DNA of 64,000 bases, from contig CAZOAJ010000003.1 in assembly GCA_964577935.1 (NCBI GenBank), forward strand, positions 24,618-88,617, written 5' to 3'. Position 1 is the first letter of the stretch. Each line of letters opens with the position of its first letter. The notes under the pieces were generated by a model. That model made no database searches. It was not told the origin of the DNA and worked only from the letters and a program-made list of their open reading frames with translations. This DNA is from an uncultured bacterium. Its GTDB lineage: Bacteria > Chlamydiota > Chlamydiia > Chlamydiales > FEN-1388. Below are positions 8,868 to 17,077 of this stretch, piece by piece. Made by a program: the position numbers and the translations under genes.

Positions 8868-9773
8868 CTATAACGATGTTTGAACTGATGCCAGGGCATG
8901 AATTCTTGAAAACTTGAAATGTATCCTCCCTTCTTCATCAATCATTTCTGGGTCAAGTTCCTTCATTTTTTGCACTACGTAGCCGAAGAAGTCATGGCTA
9001 ATACCCACTGGTATATTCCAATTAGGTCCCATAGTACCAACAAGCCAGGTTACAAGCTCATCTTCGTTATAAAACGGATTGTCTGTATCGATGAGTTCAA
9101 CGGATGCTACCTTAAATCCGCACTCCTGTAGCGATTTACGGCATCCATCAGTCGTAAGGACATTCATCGATGGGGAGGATATATTGCTTTCCCATGGGGT
9201 GTGTAGATAATAATCTTTGAAAACTTGACTTGCCGCTTGAAGTAAGATTTCGTTATTTCCTACAGGAATCAAGAGAGCAATCCTTCCTTCATCGTTTAAA
9301 TTATTTTTTAAATTTTTTAGGACCTGTTCATTTTGTTCAATAAGATGCAGTGTTGAGAATGAAACAATCAGATCAAATTTTTCGAGCCGATCATCCTCTA
9401 ATAGGAGGTTTGATTTTTCAAAGTCAAGGTTTGGAAAGGCGTAGCGAGGAAATTTGATTTTGGCAAATCTCTGCATTTCGGACGATATGTCGATGCCCAA
9501 AATCGATCCTTTGGAAAGAAGTCTGGATAACTCGGCTGTAATTTTGCCATCGCCACATCCAAAATCAAGAACCTTTTCATTCCCCTTAAGATCGATTTTT
9601 CCAATCAGTTCCCACGCCCATTGTCTTTGGAGTTCAGAATTGTGAAAATAGGTCGAAACGTGTGCTTGGCAATTCCATCCACTATGAGAATTTTTTAGGG
9701 GCCATTCAGGGATAGTTGCAAATAAAGGTGAAAAGAGGAACCAGACAAATAGAATCTGTTGTTTTAGGTTCAT
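8868..9773 (-). CDS. class I SAM-dependent methyltransferase with signal-like N-terminus
   Basis: The VLDFGCGDGKITAELS motif I is present, followed by DLIVSFSTLH. I prefer the start at the internal ATG (9773), giving MNLKQQILFVWFLFSPLFATIPEW. The longest ORF reaches 9827. Confidence 0.7.
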   Translation of the reverse strand: MNLKQQILFVWFLFSPLFATIPEWPLKNSHSGWNCQAHVSTYFHNSELQRQWAWELIGKIDLKGNEKVLDFGCGDGKITAELSRLLSKGSILGIDISSEMQRFAKIKFPRYAFPNLDFEKSNLLLEDDRLEKFDLIVSFSTLHLIEQNEQVLKNLKNNLNDEGRIALLIPVGNNEILLQAASQVFKDYYLHTPWESNISSPSMNVLTTDGCRKSLQECGFKVASVELIDTDNPFYNEDELVTWLVGTMGPNWNIPVGISHDFFGYVVQKMKELDPEMIDEEGRIHFKFSRIHALASVQTSL

Positions 9774-9857
9774 ACAATCATCAGGGTAATGGGTATTTGC
9801 AGGTGTTTGCTTAAGTGAGAAAAGCAAACACCTACTCAGATTGGCTGGATTTTAGAT

Positions 9858-10481
9858 CTATTCTTCTTGGTGCGCAAGCTTGAAAATGAGTGCGGCTCCT
9901 ATGCTGCCCAAAAGGTTTGCTGAGAAGAAAATCCAAAGATTGCTCCAAGGACTTACATTCATTGCAGTTATTCCAACTGCTACTGCAGGGTTAAAAGCAC
10001 CTCCGGAAATAGGGCCTACAGTATATGCGCCAGCAAGTACTGTAAATCCTATAGCAAAGCCAAAGAAAGAGTTGTTGAGGGTCTTTTTTGCTGTTGCAAC
10101 GTTCAAGAAAACAAAGCAAAGTGCAAAGGTGAAAAGAAACTCACCGATGAACGCTTTTACAGTTTCAAATTCAAGAACAGGTTCTGGAGCGACGCCTTTA
10201 AGATACAGGGTCAAAACGGCTGCAATAATCGCGGCTATAAATTGGAATATCCAATAAATGACGAGATCCTTGGCAGATAGTCTCCCTCGTATAAATGCTG
10301 CAAGGGATACTGCTGGGTTATAATGTGCCCCTGAAACATGGCCGCCTGCATAAATCATAACAGCCAATACCGTAGCTATAGCAATAGGAGCAAGCATCCC
10401 AGCGCTATATGGATTCAGGGCGCTCATTCCTACCGTAAACACCAGAAAAAACGTTCCAATGAATTCATAGACGAATTTCAT
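9858..10481 (-). CDS. MIP family channel (aquaporin/glycerol facilitator-like)
   Basis: Two NPA boxes are present (SGAHYNPAVS and GGAFNPAVAV) with six hydrophobic segments. Length is 207 aa. Confidence 0.85.
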   Translation of the reverse strand: MKFVYEFIGTFFLVFTVGMSALNPYSAGMLAPIAIATVLAVMIYAGGHVSGAHYNPAVSLAAFIRGRLSAKDLVIYWIFQFIAAIIAAVLTLYLKGVAPEPVLEFETVKAFIGEFLFTFALCFVFLNVATAKKTLNNSFFGFAIGFTVLAGAYTVGPISGGAFNPAVAVGITAMNVSPWSNLWIFFSANLLGSIGAALIFKLAHQEE

Positions 10482-10550
10482 TTTTAATCCTCTGCATTAG
10501 AGATGATAATGGTTTATGGAAGTATCTTGTTTGGGTGATTTTGTCAAATT

Positions 10551-10580
10551 TTGATTATCATTGTCCGAAGGTGGTACAAT
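10551..10580 (+). promoter_or_regulatory. candidate promoter TTGATT-N18-(TGg)TACAAT
   Basis: The -35 is at 10551-10556. An extended -10 (TGGTACAAT) ends at 10580, upstream of the ORF at 10664. Confidence 0.3.
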
Positions 10581-10663
10581 GAGGACGGTAGTTATTTATG
10601 CATACAGTCAAATAGACCGTTTAGGGATCGAATGTTTTATGAGGAGGAAAACATATATTTAGC

Positions 10664-11086
10664 ATGTTCTTTCATGCGCATATGGAGGCATGTATGGATA
10701 TTTCAATATTTCTGGCAAAGTTCCTAGGGTTGTACTTGCTCATCGTAGGGCTTGTATGGATAGTGAGGAGGGGTGATTTTTTGAAATCACTTAATGACTT
10801 TTTGTCATCTAAGGGAACCCTCTTTCTTTCTGGCTTTATCTCTCTATTGTTTGGTTTGGCAATTGCAATAGTTCATACTCATTGGGGTCTGGACTGGAAG
10901 GGCGTAATTACTCTATTAGGATATTTGGCAATTTTTAAAGGGATTTTAAGGATTGGCTTTCCTGATTATTCTACATGGAGAGCGAGAAGCCTCGTTGATG
11001 GACATGGATGGATCGTTGTCACCTGTCTCACATTAGTCGGGTTATATTTGAGCTTAATTGGCTTTGGGATCATCTCAAATATATAA
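10664..11086 (+). CDS. hypothetical integral membrane protein
   Basis: 140 aa with four hydrophobic helices and no recognisable motif. The start is uncertain (an alternative ATG lies at 10694). Confidence 0.45.
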   Translation: MFFHAHMEACMDISIFLAKFLGLYLLIVGLVWIVRRGDFLKSLNDFLSSKGTLFLSGFISLLFGLAIAIVHTHWGLDWKGVITLLGYLAIFKGILRIGFPDYSTWRARSLVDGHGWIVVTCLTLVGLYLSLIGFGIISNI

Positions 11087-11230
11087 ATTATCCAAACGTA
11101 ACATGGTGCTTTTGACCAAATGTCAAGAGCGCTATGTTTTGCAGTTGGGGGCTACGATCTTGATAACACTCCTCCTCAATTCTTAAAACAGGTAGTATGA
11201 TTGTACGTCACAAGAGTAGATGAGTTAGCC

Positions 11231-12070
11231 ATGCAAAAACATATTTATTTGCCTAATGTTCTTACAGCGCTTGGATTGTGTTGCGGTCTTTTTGTTATTT
11301 TTAAGATGAACATGGTGGAACCGCAAGGCATCACTTCTCAAGAGCTTCTTACGGCGGCTGTAATTCTTCTATTTGCGGCTTTATTTGATATCCTTGATGG
11401 AGTAGTTGCTCGGGCCATGAATGTAGAAAGTGCTTTTGGTGGATTTTTTGATTCCATGTCAGATGCCATAACTTTTGGAGTAGCTCCGGCTGTGATTGTT
11501 GTTAAAGGACTCTCACCGGTTTCAGGAACCTTCTTTTCCTATCTTGTTATAGCGGCAGCAATGGCATATTCTGTTTCCGGGGCATTTCGCCTTGTCCGAT
11601 ATTCAGTAACAAGCAACCAGATTCAAGGGGATGTACAAAAGATGGCCGATTTCAAAAGCCATTTTACAGGCCTTCCTATTCCTGCTGCTGCACTCTGTTC
11701 TACTTCAATGATTTTGAGCCTTCAAGGAGGTCTTCAAGGAGAAGGATTTCATTATCTTTCACTTGAACAAAAGTGTGTCGTGGCATCCATTGGTCTGTTT
11801 ATTCTTGGTTATTTTATGGCAAGCCGTTGGAAGTTCCCAAGTCTTAAAGCGCTTCATTTTAGAGTTCGTTCATATGAGGCCGTTGCGTTACTTGCTGTCA
11901 TGACGCCTCTTCTCATTTATGGGACTCTCAATTATTTTACATTTGTGCTGACAGTTGTTTCTTGGGGTTATTTCACGATATCGTTCATTCTCTCCTTAAC
12001 ACGTTTGATGTTAGGAAGAAGAGTAGCACTACTCGATGAGTTTCAGATTGATGATGAGGATAGTGAATAG
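11231..12070 (+). CDS. pssA: CDP-diacylglycerol--serine O-phosphatidyltransferase (CDP-alcohol phosphatidyltransferase family)
   Basis: It carries the D-G-x2-A-R-x8-G-x3-D-x3-D motif (DILDGVVARAMNVESAFGGFFDSMSDAITFG) and is multi-pass. The ATG at 11231 is preferred over the TTG at 11201. Confidence 0.8.
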   Translation: MQKHIYLPNVLTALGLCCGLFVIFKMNMVEPQGITSQELLTAAVILLFAALFDILDGVVARAMNVESAFGGFFDSMSDAITFGVAPAVIVVKGLSPVSGTFFSYLVIAAAMAYSVSGAFRLVRYSVTSNQIQGDVQKMADFKSHFTGLPIPAAALCSTSMILSLQGGLQGEGFHYLSLEQKCVVASIGLFILGYFMASRWKFPSLKALHFRVRSYEAVALLAVMTPLLIYGTLNYFTFVLTVVSWGYFTISFILSLTRLMLGRRVALLDEFQIDDEDSE

Positions 12071-12097
12071 TGCTTTGTTATATTTGAATAAATAACC

Positions 12098-12886
12098 TTA
12101 AACTTCATTTAGCTGTAGAGATGGTGCAGGGGACTCTTCATTTACATCAGAAGATTGTTGATGGATTTCAATGCCAAGGGTCGTTTGAAGTCTTTTTAAA
12201 AAACATTCTCCTTTCGTGAGATAAATATCTGTGGCTTCAAAAGTTGAAAGCTGTTGATCGATAATATCGCTTACTTTATCAAGCGATAAGTTTCTATATT
12301 CACCTGCATTTGGATCAAAAAGAATATAGTTCTCGTCTGCCAATTTTTTGATTAACATAGAATGACCAGAAAACCCTAGAAAATCTCTGATTATAACTTG
12401 AAGTTTTAAAGAGGTCCCTGGTGCGATCGTGCTTAGTCCTTTCTCTAGCATTTTTCTGTTCACAGAAGATTTTCCAGGAGATGCCTTATTGACTAAGCTC
12501 CATTGGTCTGAATATGAAAAAATGTTATCAGGGTATATGGCAAATAAGTATGCTGTTGCTTTTGTAAATATTGAGTGTATCATCAGCAAGTGACTTTTCT
12601 TAATCGTCTCATTATCTAATCTTTTGACTGTAACCTTATTTTGCAGTGAATCCTCAGGCTTATTGCTCCCTAGAGAATTATCGATTAGGATTCGATTGCA
12701 TATCAGTTCACAAAGGCCTTTGTATTTGCGGTAGATTTGTAATAACTCATTAGTTGACGTGTCATCAAGTTTTAGACGTATATCAATAGTTTGATTGAAG
12801 GGGATCGCTGGATCCGGAATGCGAGGTTCTAAAGATTTATTTCGGAGATAAGCTTCGATCAAGTTACTTGTATATGCGTCAATCAT
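12098..12886 (-). CDS. hypothetical protein with YopT/AvrPphB (peptidase C58)-like Cys-His-Asp arrangement
   Basis: The candidate triad is C59 (KGLCELICNRI), H175 (FSGHSMLI) and D191 (ILFDPNAGEY). The His-Asp spacing is 16 residues and the Cys-His spacing about 116, close to YopT C139/H258/D274. The H...FDPNxGE pattern resembles C58 proteases. Confidence 0.4.
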   Translation of the reverse strand: MIDAYTSNLIEAYLRNKSLEPRIPDPAIPFNQTIDIRLKLDDTSTNELLQIYRKYKGLCELICNRILIDNSLGSNKPEDSLQNKVTVKRLDNETIKKSHLLMIHSIFTKATAYLFAIYPDNIFSYSDQWSLVNKASPGKSSVNRKMLEKGLSTIAPGTSLKLQVIIRDFLGFSGHSMLIKKLADENYILFDPNAGEYRNLSLDKVSDIIDQQLSTFEATDIYLTKGECFLKRLQTTLGIEIHQQSSDVNEESPAPSLQLNEV

Positions 12887-13062
12887 GAATATAATAAATT
12901 TAATTAAAATCAGTGAATTGTAAAATTTATTAGTTAAGATTTGATAAAAACTTTGATCTATTTAGTTTTTGAAAAATATTTATTGCATGGAAGCTCTAGG
13001 TAAGAAAATATATTTTTAGAGTGTTTCTACTGAGTCTGGATTTAAGTACTGGAATTCAAGAA

Positions 13063-13695
13063 TTAAAGACGGTGAGTGCTTCTTCGAATCACAAGAATGA
13101 TTACTCCCCAAACCTGGACCTCTTCAGCGATAAGTTTGATCTGATTTGGTTGATTTGCCTGAGAAAGGGAGTATGGATTCGAGCGAAATCTAATTATTTC
13201 GCCTTCATCGAAAAAATGACCTATGAAGGTTTCATCCGTTGAAGCGAGCACAAGCTCTCCTGGATCCACTTCTTGCGTTGCTTCCACTACAATGAGATCT
13301 CCAGGCAATAAAAACTCATTTAGGAAAGAGGAGTCTTTTATCCTCAGGGCGTAAAAATGGCCTGTATCAGAAAGCATCTCTCGAGCTAAGGGGCATTCTT
13401 CGGCTTTTGGATAAAGTTCTGGAGTTCTGCCGCGGCTAACGGTACCTATAACTGGAATGGAGGCTCGGGATGTAGATCTTAATTGAGGGAGTTCTATACT
13501 TCTCCACTGCTTTTTTTCTGATTTGATAAGACCTTTTCTTTTTAGAGCCTCTACAAAACGCCAGATGCTCGCTGGAGATCGATATCCGAGGCTCTCCATT
13601 AGCTCTCGATATGATGGAGATCTATGATGGAGGTTGCAATACTCTTCAATTGCCCTCAAGACGGTCTGTTGTTTTTTCGTTGGCCCCTGCATCAT
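13063..13695 (-). CDS. lexA: LexA-like transcriptional repressor (wHTH plus S24-like domain, apparently degenerate)
   Basis: The N-terminus PTKKQQTVLRAIEEYCNLHHRSPSYRELMESLGYRSPASIWRFVEALKRKGLI is typical of the LexA DNA-binding domain. The C-terminus (IPVIGTVSRGRTP...LRIKDSSFLNEFLLPGDLIVV) aligns by eye to the LexA S24 domain. Confidence 0.7.
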   Translation of the reverse strand: MMQGPTKKQQTVLRAIEEYCNLHHRSPSYRELMESLGYRSPASIWRFVEALKRKGLIKSEKKQWRSIELPQLRSTSRASIPVIGTVSRGRTPELYPKAEECPLAREMLSDTGHFYALRIKDSSFLNEFLLPGDLIVVEATQEVDPGELVLASTDETFIGHFFDEGEIIRFRSNPYSLSQANQPNQIKLIAEEVQVWGVIILVIRRSTHRL

Positions 13696-14437
13696 CGATT
13701 CCTATGTGGCTGAGTTCTGCATGGTGAATTCCTCTATTTGTACCCCAAAACATATAGTCGAGGATAGCACAGCTTTCCCACATAATTAATGCGGAAAGGA
13801 GGGTATCACTTACAAAATGACCACCTTGAAAGATTCTGGCAATGGATAAAATTATTCCGAGTCCTAATCCAGTATAGATTCCGACTTGAGTTAGAAAATG
13901 GAGTGAATAACGACGACCTAAAAAATAAAGGCAAAAGAAGTAAAAACCCATCGTAGCGTGCCCGGAGGGGAGAGATCTTAGATGCTCTGTTGTGCAGAGC
14001 GACGGGGTATATATCGGATGAAAAGGGTGGGTTCCTCCATAAAAAATAACTTGCTTTGGTCTTGGTCTTGCCCATGAGTGTTTAAATATAGCATGGGTGA
14101 TAAGCCCTGCGCCGATAATTAATACGCAGACTACATAGAGGTAAGCTTTACGAAATTGGGCAAGCCTTTTAACCATAAAAGATAAGAAATAGGCAGTTAG
14201 AGAAGATATCACAAGAACCTGGCCTGGGACGACACCCCATAAGTAAAGAAAGTCAAAAGCACTTGTTGATCCAAAGCCTTCATTTCCAGCACGGCTTATC
14301 CAAGGGGCATTATATCCATAATCGCTTGCAGCCATATCCATGCTGTTCATCCAAGGCATAAGGGCCAGAAATCCAAACAGGGGGAGTGTTATTTCAGCCA
14401 ATTTTCTACGCAGAGATTTTTTATGAACAGATGACAT
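13646..14437 (-). CDS. PAP2 family phosphatase (phosphatidic acid phosphatase type 2 / undecaprenyl-PP phosphatase-like)
   Basis: All three PAP2 motifs are present: KHSWARPRP, PSGH and SRIFQGGHFVSD. It is multi-pass. Its 3' end overlaps the lexA-like start by 50 nt. Confidence 0.85.
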   Translation of the reverse strand: MSSVHKKSLRRKLAEITLPLFGFLALMPWMNSMDMAASDYGYNAPWISRAGNEGFGSTSAFDFLYLWGVVPGQVLVISSLTAYFLSFMVKRLAQFRKAYLYVVCVLIIGAGLITHAIFKHSWARPRPKQVIFYGGTHPFHPIYTPSLCTTEHLRSLPSGHATMGFYFFCLYFLGRRYSLHFLTQVGIYTGLGLGIILSIARIFQGGHFVSDTLLSALIMWESCAILDYMFWGTNRGIHHAELSHIGIDDAGANEKTTDRLEGN

Positions 14438-14475
14438 TCAATTCTGATATACTGATCGCATCATTGTACAAGAAT

Positions 14476-15726
14476 ATGAATATGGAGAAAATAGTGATCT
14501 CGGAAATTGGAATATCAGGAGTTATTGCTTCACTTTTTGTTCTCTGTAGCTTTGCGACTTCGGCGTTTATTTCCTTTCTATATGTAAGAAGTCGGAAAGA
14601 AAAAATATTGTTGCAAGAACAGAATCTTCAACTTTGTACAGAAAAAGCAAGAATTGAGGAACGATTGAATGCTGCGTTATCTCAGCACACGACTATCAAA
14701 GAGCAGTTTGAGTCTCTCTCTCATCAAGTTTTAACAAGTTCTCAAAATCAGTTTTTGGGGCTAGCAGAGGCTTCATTTTCGAAGTATCATACATTAGTTT
14801 CTGGGAGAGAAGAGGGTATATCAAAAACCTTAGAGCAGCTATCAACTCGAACTCGAGAACTTGAAATAGCTCGAGAAAGAGCCTTTTCAGGTCTTTCTCA
14901 GCAGCTTCAATCGCTTTCTCAGGCTCAGCACTTACTTCAGAAAGAAACTTCTCATCTTGTCTCTGCTCTCAAATCGAGTCAATCCAGAGGTCGATGGGGT
15001 GAGCTTCAGCTTAAACGAGCGGTTGAGCTCACTGGAATGGTTTCTTATTGTGATTTCGACGAACAGGTTTATAAGGAAAATGATGGTTCTATTCAGCGCC
15101 CGGACATGGTTATTCGACTCCCAAATAAACGGATTTTGGTTCTGGATGCCAAAGCTCCATTTCAGTCATTCCTAGAATCATGCGATGCAGCCTCAGACGA
15201 AAAAAAGAAAGAACATCTTCATCTCCATGCAAAAACTGTTAAGGGGCATATAGAACGATTAGCAAGCAAAAAATATTGGGAGCAATTTCAAGAGGCTCCT
15301 GATTTTGTGGTTTTATTTTTGCCTGGCGAGTCTTTCTTTTCCTCGGCGCTTGAACAAGATCCATATCTCCTTGAATATGGTGTTGAAAGAAATGTTCTTT
15401 TAGCAACGCCTTCAACCCTTTTGGCTCTTTTAAGGATAATTGCCTACGGATGGACTCAAGCTGAACAGCATCAGAATGCTCTTAAAATTTTGAATGAAGC
15501 CTGTGAGCTTTGTAGTCGATTGAATGTTTTTGCGGATCACTTTAAAGAGATGAGAAAAGGCTTAGAAAAAGCGGTTAAATCGTATAACCAGGCAGCTTCA
15601 TCATTTGAAACGAGGCTATTAGTCTCTGCTCGCCGTTTAGAGGAGATGAAAGTAGGAGTTAATAATCAGATTGAATCACCTAAAACAATTGATGGATTCG
15701 CCTCACAAGCCTCATCGACGGATTGA
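14476..15726 (+). CDS. rmuC: DNA recombination protein RmuC
   Basis: It has an N-terminal TM segment, a coiled coil, and a RmuC nuclease-like core (GRWGELQLKRAVELTGMVSYCDFDEQ...RPDMVIRLPNKRILVLDAKAP). Start is taken at ATG 14476 or 14482. The longer ORF from 14386 would overlap the divergent PAP2 gene. Confidence 0.85.
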   Translation: MNMEKIVISEIGISGVIASLFVLCSFATSAFISFLYVRSRKEKILLQEQNLQLCTEKARIEERLNAALSQHTTIKEQFESLSHQVLTSSQNQFLGLAEASFSKYHTLVSGREEGISKTLEQLSTRTRELEIARERAFSGLSQQLQSLSQAQHLLQKETSHLVSALKSSQSRGRWGELQLKRAVELTGMVSYCDFDEQVYKENDGSIQRPDMVIRLPNKRILVLDAKAPFQSFLESCDAASDEKKKEHLHLHAKTVKGHIERLASKKYWEQFQEAPDFVVLFLPGESFFSSALEQDPYLLEYGVERNVLLATPSTLLALLRIIAYGWTQAEQHQNALKILNEACELCSRLNVFADHFKEMRKGLEKAVKSYNQAASSFETRLLVSARRLEEMKVGVNNQIESPKTIDGFASQASSTD

Positions 15727-16225
15727 GTTAAAACATCCTCGGGGATTGGAGATAGGAGCTCATTTCTTTGGAAGGGATGGTCATATATACAGAGTTGAGC
15801 TATCAAATTCTGGCCTTTGTGCAAACTCTGGCCCTTGGTTTTTATCTATTGAATCAGAGAAATCTGAGGTTTTGGAGTCAGCTTTGAATGATTGGATCGA
15901 GGCTTATTCCGAAGGAAAAAATGGTGATCTTCCATATTTAGTGGATTCCAAACATAGGGCTTTAGAGGCTCTTCTTTCTATTCCTTTTGGACAGGTTCGT
16001 TCATATAAAGAATTTTCCCTCCTGATTGATAAGCCGAAAGCTTGGAGATATGCAGGATCTCTCCTTGGATCCAACCCGCTCCCTTTGATACTTCCGTGTC
16101 ATAGGATTATTCGTTCAGATGGTAATCTGGGTGGTTTCATGGGTAGCTCGACGGAAGGAATTTTGATTAAAAAGAAAATTTTATTGTTTGAGGCTCGAAA
16201 AAACTGTTGTCAGAGAGTACAATAA
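15671..16225 (+). CDS. ogt: methylated-DNA--protein-cysteine methyltransferase
   Basis: The active-site motif LPCHRIIRSDGNLGGF (PCHR) sits in the C-terminal domain. The start codon is uncertain: the TTG at 15671 overlaps the rmuC end by 56 nt. Confidence 0.75.
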   Translation: MNHLKQLMDSPHKPHRRIELKHPRGLEIGAHFFGRDGHIYRVELSNSGLCANSGPWFLSIESEKSEVLESALNDWIEAYSEGKNGDLPYLVDSKHRALEALLSIPFGQVRSYKEFSLLIDKPKAWRYAGSLLGSNPLPLILPCHRIIRSDGNLGGFMGSSTEGILIKKKILLFEARKNCCQRVQ

Positions 16226-16263
16226 GAGTATAAGGGGATGCGATTGATATCGCGAGGCCAAAA

Positions 16264-16509
16264 ATGAGTTTCAAGCAAAATGATCATGACATTCAAAAGC
16301 TTTTAGATCGTATAGCTCAGCTTGAATTTCAAAATGACCAGCTGACAGCTGAGTTGGAATATGTAGATCAGCTTTTGCGATCTGTAGGATTTACCGATGG
16401 CCTTCAATCAGTTAAGGCTGCAGCCCAGGAGCTTGCAGAACATGAGCGCAGGGAGGATTTTCGTTTTGAAGAAGGGCTTCCTGATGAGCCTCCCGGCCTT
16501 GATGATTAA
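16264..16509 (+). CDS. small acidic coiled-coil protein, hypothetical
   Basis: 81 aa with a heptad-like LLDRIAQLEFQNDQLTAELEYVDQLL and an acidic tail. I recognise no family. Confidence 0.4.
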   Translation: MSFKQNDHDIQKLLDRIAQLEFQNDQLTAELEYVDQLLRSVGFTDGLQSVKAAAQELAEHERREDFRFEEGLPDEPPGLDD

Positions 16510-16532
16510 TCTCAATGATCAGTAATTAGTAC

Positions 16533-16973
16533 TTATTCGATATACTTCATAAGTTGATTGTTTAAGCTTTTTTCCAAGGTTTCAGCCGAAGTTCTTTCGA
16601 GCTTGTAAGGATCAAATCCTGTTCCTAGTAGAATTGCGGCTATGCAATTAATTTTAGATGGGTCGCAGTATTTATTTTTCATATCAATAATGGAACTTAA
16701 AGACTGAGAGAGGAGTTGTTTTGGTAGGGCCTGTGCTCCCTTCTCGTTCATTCGAATCGATATATGGGTGAAGATTGCGAAAAGATTAAGATCTGCATTT
16801 GCGGGGATTGAATGTTTGCTTTTTGCTTTTGCAAGTTTTCCCGACTCATCTTGGAAGATTCTTTCCCCCGGAGCTCTACTTGCTATCAAAGTCAAAACAC
16901 CTTCCAGTGTTCCATTATGATCAATAATGTCTGAGTTATTTTTGCGAGCGACGAGATATGGTGATAAAGTCAT
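16533..16973 (-). CDS. hypothetical protein, last gene of the putative T3S-associated operon
   Basis: 146 aa ORF, same strand as and 104 nt downstream of the second Inc-like gene. No motif recognised. Confidence 0.4.
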   Translation of the reverse strand: MTLSPYLVARKNNSDIIDHNGTLEGVLTLIASRAPGERIFQDESGKLAKAKSKHSIPANADLNLFAIFTHISIRMNEKGAQALPKQLLSQSLSSIIDMKNKYCDPSKINCIAAILLGTGFDPYKLERTSAETLEKSLNNQLMKYIE

Positions 16974-17077
16974 AATAGTTCCAAACTAAATAGATGTTTG
17001 GAAAAAAGTTTAATACAGAGATATATTATGAATATAGCGCCTTCTATAAAAGAAAGCGCTGCGCAAGTAAGTTAAAA

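Noticed and set aside
9880-10257. 125 aa plus-strand ORF
   Set aside because: It is antisense to the aquaporin gene, which has both NPA boxes. It is a shadow ORF.
14438-14480. Search for a canonical SOS box (CTGT-N8-ACAG or GAAC-N4-GTTC) near lexA and rmuC
   Set aside because: Only a TTGTACAA palindrome and a CTGATATACTGAT direct repeat are present, with no match to known LexA boxes. It is mentioned under the LexA finding but not annotated as a site.
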